Shown: positions 15,035 to 26,982 of the stretch, in pieces
Position numbering within the stretch: position 1 is the stretch's first letter
Layout of the letters: the number at the start of each line of letters is the position of its first letter
Assembly (NCBI GenBank): GCA_965645245.1
Contig: OZ287081.1
Location: 1,426,001-1,490,000 of the forward strand
Length of the DNA stretch: 64,000 nt
DNA from: Massalongia carnosa
Taxonomy: Eukaryota
Direction of reading: 5' to 3'
Notes under the pieces: generated by a model
Database searches by the model: none
Told to the model about the DNA's origin: nothing
Seen by the model: only the letters and a program-made list of their open reading frames with translations
Translations under genes and position numbers: made by a program

Positions 15035-16071
15035 TAGGGCATGACAGATTAAATCACTGATTCGGCTTGACTTCCCCCCCTAAAGAGTTTTCATCGGCAT
15101 GTATGCACGTATGGTATGAATCACCAATAATACAGGATTTCGTACATGATAAAATCAAACCAAAACAAATCCGCTCAGCTCGGCCTAAGGATCTCCATCG
15201 AACGAATGAAAAAAACTGCCAACTAAATGTCCGAGATTGGTCCGAGACTATCCTACCTACCTAGTCCCGGATCTGGCACGAGTGGCGCCGTAACGTTACA
15301 TACATCTTTGTACTCCTCACCTCCTCATGCACATTAGATACATACACATACTCATCTCGGCAACAGACAAACAAACAAACAGAAACATGCTCAAGAGACG
15401 ACGACATTGACGACAACGACGACAACAGGGATGAAGGAATACAAAAACAAAATCGAACCGAAAAGAAGCCGAAACGATAAAGAACAAAACTGTAGATGTC
15501 CCACTGAGCAAAAAACGACTGAAAATACACACGCTGCTAAAAAAGGCAGAAAGCGTCCTGACAACACAGATCCGCATCGATAAAATCGATCTAGCTGACT
15601 TTCTCTACCAGCGATGGGTCCCCGCCGTCACCTCACCGGCCTGCCCATGTGGCTGGCACAGACAAACTCCAGAACACGTAATCATGTTCTGTAGACTTAT
15701 TGACAATATAGAGCAGCTGTTTCGCGCCGCTGGCACGAACAACTATCAACAGCTATCAAAAACTCTAAAGATATTAACTGCTTGACTAATGAAAACAGGT
15801 CTACTGACCCAATTCTCACTGACATCTACACTATTGTACAATCAACAGTAGTTTCACTTCTCTTTTCCTTCCCATTTCACAAGGCGTCACAGTTCTCACA
15901 ATATTTTCGCTCTGCGTCTCCTGTCCGACGTCGACCCGGTGTCACATCGGACAGGTATCAAGTGATATGGTTTTTATACCTGAAAAAGGTTCATAACTTA
16001 GATACCTTTGCCCGCATGGGCCGGCCTACGGCCGGTGGCCTATCGGAGTATGAATACATCATCATCATCAT
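15035..16071 (+). mobile_element. Non-autonomous non-LTR retroelement with a Tad-type LINE 3' end, degenerate
   Basis: Frame 15387-15851 reads ..KAESVLTTQIRIDKIDLADFL..CPCGWHRQTPEHVIMFC.. (LINE ORF2 C-terminal CCHC knuckle) with three TGA stops at likely Trp positions. (CAT)5 tail at 16057-16071. Flanking 13-bp direct repeats at 15022-15034 and 16072-16084 match 11/13. Confidence 0.82.
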
Positions 16072-16299
16072 AACACTGTAGATAAATGGATCATATAATA
16101 ATATATAATATATAAAAAAGTTGGGGGGAATCGAGAACCAAAAAAAAGTCGATAGCTAGCTATGTATATATAATACAAATGCTTCTTTTATCCAGCCAGT
16201 CGGGCGCAAGAAGGGAACCTCCCAAACCCGCTTCCATTACATAGGACCCCCACACCCCCGCCACCCCCGGACATCTACCCGCGCTGCGGGTTTCGCAAA

Positions 16300-17504
16300 T
16301 CACCTGCGGCCCATCACAGCATCCACGACCCGTCGAGCCAGACGGCGGAAGCCGAAACTAACCTTCGCGGTGACGGGAAGGGGATTCCAAGCCTGCCCCC
16401 CAAAGAGAGCGTTGAGAGGACGGACCCCGCCCAGCCCAAGGCTATACGCGTTGTTGCCGTCGTGCAACGTGGCGCCGAGCCCGTTCTGGATGTTGGGGCT
16501 GACGCTGATGCCGTTTGCGGGCGCCTCTGGGACGGCCGGGTCGTTGTGGAGGGCGCTCAGGGGTTGGAAGCCGCTTGGGTTTAGGCTTGCGGCTCCAAGT
16601 CCCCCTGCCGGGTGGTTGGCGGCAAAATAGCTGATGGGTGGTGCTCCGGTAATAGGGTTCGATCCAGAGCTTGATCCGACTAGGCCGGATGAGGAACTGG
16701 GGGTGTTGAGGAGGTTCGACGAGGTAGAAAACGCGTCTGTGCTAGAGCCTGGACTGCCCAGGTTCGTGTTGAAGGGCGTTGAGAAACTGTCGCCTGTAGA
16801 AAACGAGGTGTCGAACGAGCTTGCCGATGGTGTATCGAGTATGTCATTCGACGCGTACAAGTTTGACGATCCAGATGTACTCGGTCCAATCGAGTAGTCG
16901 CCGCTCAAATCTGACGCACTAGTGCTATCAACCTGAGCGGCTCTAGCTTTCAACCCTGTATGTTCAAGTTTCTCGATACAGCATTGCACATTGTCTTCCA
17001 GCGAACCGGACGGACATAAGATTTGGTTACTGAACCTCGTTAGCGATGGCGCCATGTTGACGATAAGGGGGAAACTCGACGAACCGAAAATTGGCCTGGT
17101 ATTTTCCTGTATCACACGGGTTGCTCTCCAAATTGTTTCTGCATGTGCTTGCCCCACATTTAATCTCGACACAGCACTGAACTGAATCGTCGGTTTCTGA
17201 TGAATTCAATCAGCACCCAAGAATGGACTAAACGTCATGGCAGAGAACGCTTACCATCCGAGCACAAGTCATCTCCAGCGGAGTTCTTCGAAATAGCTGC
17301 GAGTCCGGACTGTAGACATATTTCCTTGAGTTGGCATTTGCCAGTCCATTTCCTTGATGGTCCTTTTCCTCCCTGATCTTTGAATCAGCTATGAGGATCT
17401 AGAGCTTGGGGAAGGGTACCAACATCTTGAACTGTGCAAGAGTCATTAATCTTGCACAGGCCGCCAGCAGTCAATAGTAAGATACAAAATACGTAGAGCT
17501 TCAT
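16300..17504 (-). CDS. Secreted protein with two tandem 6-Cys modules and a long Ser/Thr/Gly-rich tail, 4 exons
   Basis: ATG 17504 begins a signal peptide (MKLYVFCILLLTAGGLC). Introns 17373-17423, 17197-17254 and 17030-17084 join the exons in frame. Both modules end in VQCC. Confidence 0.8.
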
Positions 17505-19516
17505 GTTATTTGTAGGAAGAAAGTGTAAGGAAGAATAAAACGAACCACCACGGTGTTTTCTAGATAGATAGCAGAAGCAAAGTAAAGAAGGAGCGGGCTT
17601 CGTAGCACTTTATGGTAACATCCATCATGGCCGAAGGTTCAAAGCGGCCGAGCAAGAGTTCGGAGAAAATATGGTCCAAAATCGAGACCCTGCAGTAAGT
17701 AAACAACTGGAGGAGCGTGAGGATAAAAGTGATCCATGAATCTAAACTTTCCTGTCTTCTGTCGTTTTCTTCTTTGTTCAGAATTAATTAAAAATTCCGA
17801 TCCTCTTACTTGATGCATCCGTAGATTGTGACGAAAGAGAAAGTATTTACTCGCCTATCGATTTGCGCTTTCGGCAGCAGCATCAACATAGCGACGACAA
17901 GGGCCGATCGCGCTGAAGACGGCCAAGACCCTGGATAATCAACGGAATAGTCTAGCGGGAATCCTCGCGCACGTTATCGCTTCGCGTTTCGAGTTTCAGA
18001 TGGACGGCTCAAACGGCCCAGGTATTTAGAGTCCTCATGACGAGTTTGGAGTTTTAGCTTCTTCAAACATCTCTGAGGCCACTTCATGCCGTGCAGCCGT
18101 TACATAGTAAGACCCAGCTATGCCAAGAGTTCTTCCGTGTTGCCGAGTTGTTCCTATCTATTCAGTCTCGAGCCACCTACCGTGTTGAATTGTTATTGCA
18201 TGGCTGGATACGTTGAAGCCGTTCGTACCTCAGCATCCTTGAATGTCCCCTACGAGGATAGGTTAGCAGCAATAATAGTTCACATAGAATATATTCCATC
18301 ACCATGCCCTTGGAACGAGAAACAACAAATTCTGTGCCATAAGAAAGCAACCCCGCATAATTCCTGTCGGCCAGAAAAAGCGTCAAGCGGCTCATCTCAT
18401 CCTACCTGGCCCGTGCCTTGGTATTTTTCGGGACGGCGATAGACAGTCTGGACGCTTGCCAGGACCCTTCCTCTGTTTTCTCGTCCTTCGCGGGCTAGAA
18501 GCTAAGGGAAAAGGAATGCTAAGTAGTTAGACAGCTCCCGCGATACATTCCACCCTCGTGAAATCCTTCAGTGTGACATGACGTTCCGTTCTACGATTCG
18601 TACAACTATCTGTGAAACATAGAAAGGTTAGAAGCTAACGCTATGTTGATGCGATCTTTCAGAAAGGCGCCCCATAAGAACGATAATGCGTAGTCTCAAA
18701 TAGAAAGCTTTCGTTCATTTTAGTTCACAAAACGCTTCAATCCAACTCTTCTGTACAAGGTACTTCAACAAAGTTACGCGAGTCGCTTGATATTGTTCTG
18801 GCTCTTTGCTTGGCGAAAAGACCCATGGAAAGCAAGTCTACTTGAACCGGCTGCTCTCAGAAAACCGCAGATGGATCAACATCGGGCGAGGCACCGCCTC
18901 AATTGAAGAGCCCTCGACTCGTGCTCAACTTCGCGAAAAAGTAAATGAGTGCTGAAAATATCAAGAAAACGACAATCTAGGATACTCCAGCAATGCAAAC
19001 AAAGAGTCGTGTATTGACACAATGATTGTTGTAATCCCCGAAGAGAACCTCTGCTACCAATCCAATGGAGGTGTTTATGTGGTCTAGACAGCTTCAGAAG
19101 GGGAACGAACCGATGCAGCAGAAAGAAGCTTTACAAAACCTATCTGATTATTTCCCATATGATTTGTTTGTTTTTGTGACTTGGATGAAGAATCGAGCAC
19201 AGTTTCTTTGGAATCACCATAGTACTGACACCTGAAGTATAGTAGACGAGCTCATGATTCATCATCATCGAATAGCCGAGAGACTTTATCAATTTAAAGT
19301 GTTGCCAAGCCTGAAATCAATTATTGATCATCCAGAAATGAAACCTGTCTGCATGAACGCTTGCGGGCTACGTAAGAGAAAGGCAGATATATCAACCAAG
19401 AAGGAAGGCTGTCCCTAAACTGTACTCACTTTCTTAGAACTCAGAAAGACAGGTAGGTGTTCATTCATGTCTTATTCCGCAACCCTAAAGTTACTTTCCC
19501 AAGGTTGACGCAATTT

Positions 19517-20648
19517 CTATTCGTTCGCCCATTCATTACGGTCATCAATGAGCCTAGATGGCTGTACAACTAGGCCTTGGTTGTTCCTTCTGCTTTCGGT
19601 GTCACCACCACGATTAGCGGAGGTCTCGGCAAGTTGAGGAACCGTCTGTTCCTCATCCGCATCCTCAACAGCATCATCACTGTACGCGGCTTCAATTCTT
19701 CTTGAAATCCCATTCGTATGCTCATTGCTTGAGCCAGCCTCCAGCCTATCCTGTCCCCCAGCAGTGAGAGCTGGATATCGACTCCCGACGATGTGATGTA
19801 TCCATGAGTCAGGCCGTTCAGATACAAGGCGTAAAAGGATTAAAAACTGCACCCAGGTGTTATTGAAACTCATGTTGATTTTGTACACACCATAGGTGGT
19901 GAATCTATCTCTACCTAAAAATGAATTTCGTGAATAAGGGTTACATACCTTTAGTATAAACGTTGTCAGTGCTACTAATAGCAAAAGACCGGCAAATATT
20001 TGTTCATCTTGTCTCCACACTCCTAGACAACTTTTGTGCCGGTCAAAAGCTTTGACACAAGCGTCGCTGGGATGATCAATGCCCTGAAACGGCCACGCTT
20101 TGTCCTTCGTCGTAACTAGCCCGCAGCATTGGTGTGTATCTTGGATCCTTCTTATCGCCTCTGCATCCCTGGCCGAGTACAGCTGACCCCAACGTCGTTC
20201 AAGAGGGCAGGTAAGGTCTTCCTGTGGGACCATATGAGTGAGGGCCAATGTTGCAACGACAGTCTCATAAATTGCAAGAAGCACGAACGCCGAAAGTGTA
20301 GGCCATGATAAGAACTCCACTCTGTTCCGACCAGATCTTTTGGAGCGAGTGGCATAGGATTGGGCGCCGCGGATGCTGACTCCGTTGAGAATGGGCAGAA
20401 GAATGGCTGCAATGGCAGTGACCTGGGAGATTGGAAGCGACAGAGCTTTAATATGATACAGCGAGGCACTACGGCTTCGTCAGTGCTCATTCTTCCAATA
20501 CGCTATCGATAGGACCTAGCTACCTTGCAGCTGCAATGAGCCCTAGCAGAAGCTACAGACCTAAGAGCTTAGCGATAATTAGTTACATGAGGGTACAATT
20601 GCTTACCAACAAAACCAGCAAGCTCGTGATCTGATTTATTGAGTGCAT
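19517..20648 (-). CDS. Fungal tetraspanin, Tsp3-like
   Basis: Four hydrophobic segments. Large extracellular loop has C..W..IRRIQDTHQCCG..AWPF..C..C. Two 5' introns (20606 to ~20553 and ~20523-20469) and an in-frame intron at 19847-19948. Confidence 0.8.
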
Positions 20649-21090
20649 ATTGTTAGCTTTCTCTTTCTTATCGCTGTTCTCGATGTGTTAGCAGCGGATT
20701 GCGGCTGATGGCGGGGTTGAAGAGGTGGAACAAGCGGAAATCTCAGAATAGAATCACGTGCGTCAAGACTAAATTTAACAGCCCTATCGTGCCCTAATTG
20801 TGCACTCGCACGTGACTCGGTACATGCTCGTTTCGCGTAATGATTACGTGAGAGTTCAGCCACACCGAGTTTAGGGTTTCCCGCTCTTCCGAAATTCCTT
20901 TTCGGCGATGGGGCAGTGATAATTTTCAGGCCTTTTTAGCGTGTGCTGGGAATGGTACAGAACTACTTCTCAGCTTCACCAGCTCACCATCATCATGACC
21001 ATTCATCCTCTTCTGAAAACCTTCCATCGAATCTAATCCATCTTCCCAAACCACCTCAACGCACAAAATTCTTCCACCCCTCCAGCAACG

Positions 21091-22065
21091 ATGTCGAAAC
21101 GAACCGTTTTCACCACGATAACGAGCTTGCCAACCGGAATCACACGCGAGACCGTCCTCGAAACCCTCCACACTCACGTTGAAATGATCGACCTGAACCC
21201 ACTCGTCGAAGAGCGCCACCCTTGCAAAGCGCCCGCAAGAGCTACGCCCGAGGAATACCATTGCATCTGGTACTCGCTGACGGACAAAATACACTATCTG
21301 CCCGGCGGGCTGTATTCGGGAAGAGTGACGTACAACGCCTGCTTCCACGACCTGAGCAACGGCCTGCAAACACACTGCTATGCGCCCATGGGGCTAGACA
21401 TCAAGGGCAAGTGGACGCTCGGTGGCACTCTGCCCCACGAGCCCAAAGAAGCCGTGGAGATCGGCCTGGGCGCGCCGAAAAGCGGGCTCTGGCTGCGTGA
21501 GGACGTCGACATGAAGTGCAACATCCTGATGACAAGTTTCGTCAAGAAAACGCTCAAAAAGGCGCACGCCACGCTAGTCGACCGCCTGGTGGAGAAGTCC
21601 CACCTGCTGGAAGCCAACAACCACAATAATCGGATCTGGGAGACGAAATCCAACTACTCGTACCACTCCAACGTCACTGGCGGCAGCCCCGGGTTCCCAC
21701 CGCCGAGTATCGTCTCGTCCCCTGACCCGGAGCCTCACGATCGGACAAGCACCATCAGCTCCCATCCAAGCCCCTACCCGCGCAGCAGCAGCACCTGGTC
21801 ATCACCTAACCCCTCTCAGGGCGGAGTCGATCCGGCATATCAGCGTGCGAACCCGTACGCACCCGACGTGAAGCATCAGTCGTTCCAGTCACTGGACACG
21901 CGCTATTCGAGCTATCAGCCTGCTCCGGCAGAGACGAAGTCGCAACCGCAGCCGCAGCCGCAGCCGCAGCAAACGCACTTTGCGGTGGAGTTGCCAGGGA
22001 ATGAGATCCAGGAACTTGACGCCTCGGTTCAAGCGCTCAAACCGGCGCCTCTGAGACCTCATTAG
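21091..22065 (+). CDS. Conserved fungal hypothetical protein (DUF7053-like N-terminal domain, Pro/Ser/Gln-rich tail)
   Basis: Intronless 324-aa ORF with strong codon bias. N-terminal MSKRTVFTTIT.LP.GITRETVL..LH.H.EMIDLNPLV resembles a widespread Pezizomycotina family. Confidence 0.8.
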   Translation: MSKRTVFTTITSLPTGITRETVLETLHTHVEMIDLNPLVEERHPCKAPARATPEEYHCIWYSLTDKIHYLPGGLYSGRVTYNACFHDLSNGLQTHCYAPMGLDIKGKWTLGGTLPHEPKEAVEIGLGAPKSGLWLREDVDMKCNILMTSFVKKTLKKAHATLVDRLVEKSHLLEANNHNNRIWETKSNYSYHSNVTGGSPGFPPPSIVSSPDPEPHDRTSTISSHPSPYPRSSSTWSSPNPSQGGVDPAYQRANPYAPDVKHQSFQSLDTRYSSYQPAPAETKSQPQPQPQPQQTHFAVELPGNEIQELDASVQALKPAPLRPH

Positions 22066-23482
22066 CGTAGTAGCTGCGTGGGGGGGGGTGGGAGTTGGGT
22101 TAGGTTCGGTTGGGTAGGGGGGGCGGGTGACGACAAGCACGACTTAAGCAAAGGGTTTCAAACAGGGCTTAGCGTTTAGAAACGCGGCGCTAGGGTATTG
22201 ATTTTCCGCTTTGATTCCATGAACATATCTAGCTTGCTTATCTTAACTTCTTTTCAATGATACCAAATGACTCTCTATCTTGACCTTTTGCTCCTTTTTC
22301 AGAAGAAAAAGAAAGAAAGAAAAATAATGAGGTTATATATGGAAAGAAAATTAACTCTTGGTTTAGCGCTTCCCAATCTCTTGTTTGTTTGAAGAACCAC
22401 TTAGAGGTTATTGTTGTGGGGAGTGCGATGGGAGAAGATAATTAGGGGGCTTAGTAAAACGGGTGGGGGGATACGAGAGAAATGGAGGAGAAAGGAGAAA
22501 AGAATAGCGGAAAATAGTATGGCATGTGAACTTTGAAGGTATGTCACTCACTCAGTCTCTCACTTAGAGAAGCCCCCCCCCCCCCCAAAAATGAATCGAT
22601 AAACATGCAGCGCCCCCAATCCCAAATGATTCCTCACTGAGCAACTCATTACACATAGGGGGAAGAGAACCCAACTCGATAACTCGACCGAAGGTAGGTA
22701 ACCGGGAAAGGATATAAGCCCGTGAGCTACTTACAAGACCAAGCGTTTTGCATCTTTTGTATCCATTTCGTTAAACAAATAACGTCGATAGGTTAGCGAG
22801 AACAACGAGAAAAAGAATGGAAAGAAAGAAGATTTAAGATTTCATTTAGGGTTAGGGTTGGCGGTGACGTTGGAGATTTATGTACAATACGGAGTATTTA
22901 ATATTTCTGACCTCGTCCTTTTTTTTCCCCCTCCAAATTTATGAATATGCAGAGTAGTAATAGGAGAGGAGTCGGAAATAACACTGTTGGTATATATATA
23001 TTATATCCCTCCTCCTATTTCATCAACCCATCAATCCACCACTTCTCATGCCCGATCTCCTCACGTAGAGAGCTCTGTATGTACATATCTATCTGCTCCC
23101 GGCCGCTCTGCTCATCCACCCAACGTGTAGCTAGTCATTAACTCCCCATGCTCGGAGCTGGCTACATATCGCTCACCTATCCTAGCTTATCTTCAATCCG
23201 TCGGGACCTAAAGGATACATGGATGGTTTAAAAAGAATGATCAAATCCGACCTTGTATTTGGCGTTTCTCCAACCTGGCATGGAGTGGACAAATAGACAC
23301 ACATACAAGTAAAAAAAATTGAGAAGAGGAACGAAGGAAAAAACCTCTCCAAATATTCAATTGACATATCCTCTCGCTTCTGTCCGTTTTCTAGAAAAAA
23401 GGAAAAAGGAAAGAATAGGGAAGTAGAAAAGGGAAGTAGAAATTTCATTTCTCTACCACCCCCCCCTCTAACTACTTACACT

Positions 23483-23841
23483 TCACCGGCCCCCTATCGG
23501 CACGCCTGCCCCAACGACAACCGCAACCGCCACCAACGCCCCCCCAAGAACCAGCCAGTCGCCATTATGGCCACAATACCCCCTTCCATGAAGACTAGCC
23601 GGCCACCCGACCAGTAGCAGGCGCAGCTCCTGCACGTCCGTGTACATAAGTTCGCCACATACCTAGAATTCACCCGTTCAGGTTAGGCGGGTTCTCAATT
23701 TAACGAATGGGTACACTTGGGGAATTTGGGGGGGGGAATCCTGACGCAAGTCCAGGCGATGCGCTTATGGTCTTTTGGGATGGTGGGTCTCAATAGCAGA
23801 CAGACTTGGTTGCGCACTGCGAGGTACAGGGCGCTTGCCAT
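23483..23841 (-). CDS. Small 91-aa protein with WTCxCG motif and C-terminal hydrophobic helix (possibly a truncated gene remnant)
   Basis: Exon 23841-23746, intron 23663-23745 (GTCAGG..CTAAC..TAG), exon 23662-23483. Product MASALYLAVRNQ..RIAWTCVCGELMYTDVQEL..WLVLGGALVAVAVVVGAGVPIGGR. Confidence 0.45.
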
Positions 23842-24762
23842 TTGTAGTTTTTTGTGTGGATGGAGTTTGGTTGGCGGTTGGGGATTTTGTGGAAGTGCGA
23901 GTGTTTTGGGTTAATAAGATGGAGGCTGGATTCGAAGGAATGTAGGGATATACTGGTTAAGAGTGGAGCAGAGCCAAATGGCGTATTTACAAGCAAACAT
24001 GTGAATGGGATTGACTGACAAAAAAAAAAGGAGCGAAAAAACGCGACAACGGAGGATATGTCTCAATTATTTTATCCCTTTGTTGAACTGTCGCATTTAG
24101 AAATCGTAGATATTTTTCACAAAACGAGCGAGAAATACAGTCTTTGTTTATCAACAGTCAACAATGTAAAAAACCCTCAACTTAATGTATCGATGTTGTA
24201 GAATGGATTGAGGTCATCGCAGGTTCATCAGCCAGATTTCCGACCCCCAGCCTATATCATATAACTGCAGGAGGAAACGGAATGGATTTAAGCCTGAAAA
24301 ACAGTATTATTAAGTAGAGCAAAACTACCCCGCAGGTTTTGCGAAAGCTGGAACGAAAGCTTTCGATAAGATCGAGGTATTAGAGCATTGGCGGCTGAAC
24401 GGAGAGATTGATAAGAAACGTAACATGAGAGTAGATAGGGGGAAAGGATGGAGACATTGTTTCTTCTCAGACTCTTCAAGATACTGTGGCTTTCATATCA
24501 AATGACCTGAAACATTCACTTCGCTCTAAAAACAAGCAGCGTAGATGGATGTAGTTCGTTTGTCACGCAAAGTGAATTAACGATATGAATTGAGGAGCGG
24601 ATAAAGTTGATTGGTTTTCCCCATGATATTGCCTAGCTCTTAGGATAAGTCAAGTCACTCTGGGTCAGCGTAAAGCCAGTACGTAAAGGGGGTTTCTTAA
24701 AACATATCAAAGGCTTCCGGACCATTTGATATAAAATAATCGTTTCGTTAAAAAACGAACCT

Positions 24763-26562
24763 TTAAGTCTCAAATCTTTCTACCAGTTCCTCGTCCATAT
24801 CAATACGTTCTTCCGCCATTCCACTGATATGTCGGCTTGCTTGAGAAAGGTGGCAATCTATCCACCTATTAGTAGAATTCTCATAAACAGAACCAACATC
24901 CAAAACTTACTTGTAAGAACCCACTCAATTCCCGCCTCTTCCATATTCGCGGCTTCTTGCAGCTCATCCCATGTGTCCAAGTAATCGCAAAGACCACTCC
25001 ATGCGACAATACTTCTCTTCCACGGAGTCTTGGAATCATTAATGCGCCGAAGTCTGGTCTCTTCTTCGCGGTCAAGCTCTAACTCAGCGTTGATTTTCGA
25101 AGTTACCATATTGATGGCGGAGGTTCTAGCCTGAGCGTCGGCCATGGCACTTCTAATGCGAGCATTCCGGTACGTCAATGCCTTGCTCACGCGATGACTA
25201 GTAATAATTTGGCGAATGGCATGTCTGTCAATATGTATATGACTATCCGAGGCCCCACCCAAGATGCCTATCTTGGTCCTCACACCATCTTCCTTCAGCC
25301 TGTGCATCTCAAACTTATCGAAAAAGAGTTCACGGCAGACACATGAAGCGGCATATCTGAAGTACACAAGATTTTTACTAAAACAGCGTAACAACGGGCA
25401 TAAGTGAGGTGAAGGCTCGCCGGGATGGTGCCTCGTAAAGTCCTGGGTCTCCTTCATACCAATAAGGAGGGTGAAGTGCGTCAACGTATCAATTTCTTGC
25501 TGTAACAGAAAAGCCAGGGAATGGACTTCAAGGTTACAGAACCTTAAATCCAAGTTCTTGAGGTTAACAGCCTTTGAATCTGGATTGTTTAGAATTTCCA
25601 GGAGTATGGAACCATTGAGTTCTGGAGGGTTCTCTAGAATAATTTCTTCCAACTTCTCCAGACCAGGACAAGGACCTAAGTCCCTACCGATATTTAAGCC
25701 ATAGTCTTGCTGTTTACAGCGATTTGCTTGCTTCAAAATGTTTGCCCCCTGAGATGGAATACTTGCCCAATGGTGGTATATTTGGACTGACTTCAAGTCT
25801 GGGAACGATTCTCCGTTTAGTAGTGGCCTCCAAAAGCCCAGATTTGGAACGCATTGATTTCGGATTTGTGGCTCGAGATCGTCAGTTTGTGTTCCAAGAA
25901 ATAAAACGAGCTTAGTCACACGAGGGAATTTATCATATGCAAACTTCGTAGCCGAATTTATTCGACACGGCGAGTTGAGAAAACACAGGGAGATATGGAT
26001 TTCAGGAAAAAACCTACTCACTTTAGCCATACTGGTTGACCGAATTTTTTGTTTTGAAAATGAAGAAGACTGACCTACCGTGACAATGATTGAATCATCC
26101 GTGAAATAAGAACACTCGCTGGAGTTGGATTGAGATTCCGTGCGTGACTTCTAAGCCGATCAAAACAAGTTCTCAATGTCAGGATTTCTCGTTTTCCCCC
26201 AGGCTGAAGTCGATCCAACAATGCTGGTAGGCTCAAGCTACGGGCAAGAAGGGCCAAGGCTTCGAACGAGTCTATTCGAACATGGCGGTAAAGGGAACTC
26301 TGGACTGTTAAGTAGGCTAGTTTGGATGTAGCCGTAAGATATGAAACTTCGGTCGTGGTAAGAAAGCCGCATATTTGGGCGCTATAGACCTGTCATGTTA
26401 ATAAGGAACTTCGGGCATTGGTACATGATAGAGTTTGTTGCGTTCAAACGAAGTCAGGCATTCATACGATATAGTATGAGGATAGACATACATAATCTCG
26501 ACTGGAAGTGTATCTAAAGAATTACGATTTGAGCTGCTCAAAGTACTAATTGATTCTGCCAT
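24763..26562 (-). CDS. F-box domain protein with LRR-like C-terminal region, 4 exons
   Basis: Spliced N-terminus SLDTLPVEIIAQICGFL..L.ATSK is F-box-like. LRR-like LKNLDLRFCNL. Introns 26382-26491, 26014-26078 and ~24858-24910. Confidence 0.75.
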
Positions 26563-26982
26563 GCTTCGATCCTCTATCTTCACGGCTTGAGCATAGGATG
26601 AAGAAACGTGCAGGATGAAGCTAGGAGGTTGGAGTCGCAGAAAGGAGGGGGCGGCATGAGTTCTGAGTTCGCGTAAGTAAGCAAGTTTGGCCATCCGCCC
26701 CTGCCTGTTTCATGCAAGTCGCAAACATTAATCAATACCCTTCACCTGGGAGAAACGCTCCATCTGATTTATGAATAACATGTACCCCATGAATGAGTTA
26801 TACGGTATATTTAGACTCGATATGTCTCTCTTATTATCATAATGCGCAACTAGGACATAGGTCCGAACTGGTGACAGGGCTAGAGGGAAAGCGTTCAGCA
26901 TGAGAAGGCAGCCCGTATGCCTGCCTCTTGTGATTTCATGATTCAAGGTGCGCAATCAAGACACGATTGGAGTATTCCCCCC

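Noticed and set aside
15920..16010. Hammerhead ribozyme in the retroelement 3' UTR
   Set aside because: CTGAAAA resembles the CUGANGA core, but no correctly placed GAAA follows the stem.
18700..19150. Long + frame with few stops, possible gene relic
   Set aside because: No family motif or splice structure recognised.
22846..22859. Interstitial telomeric repeat (TTAGGG)2
   Set aside because: Only two units, compatible with chance.
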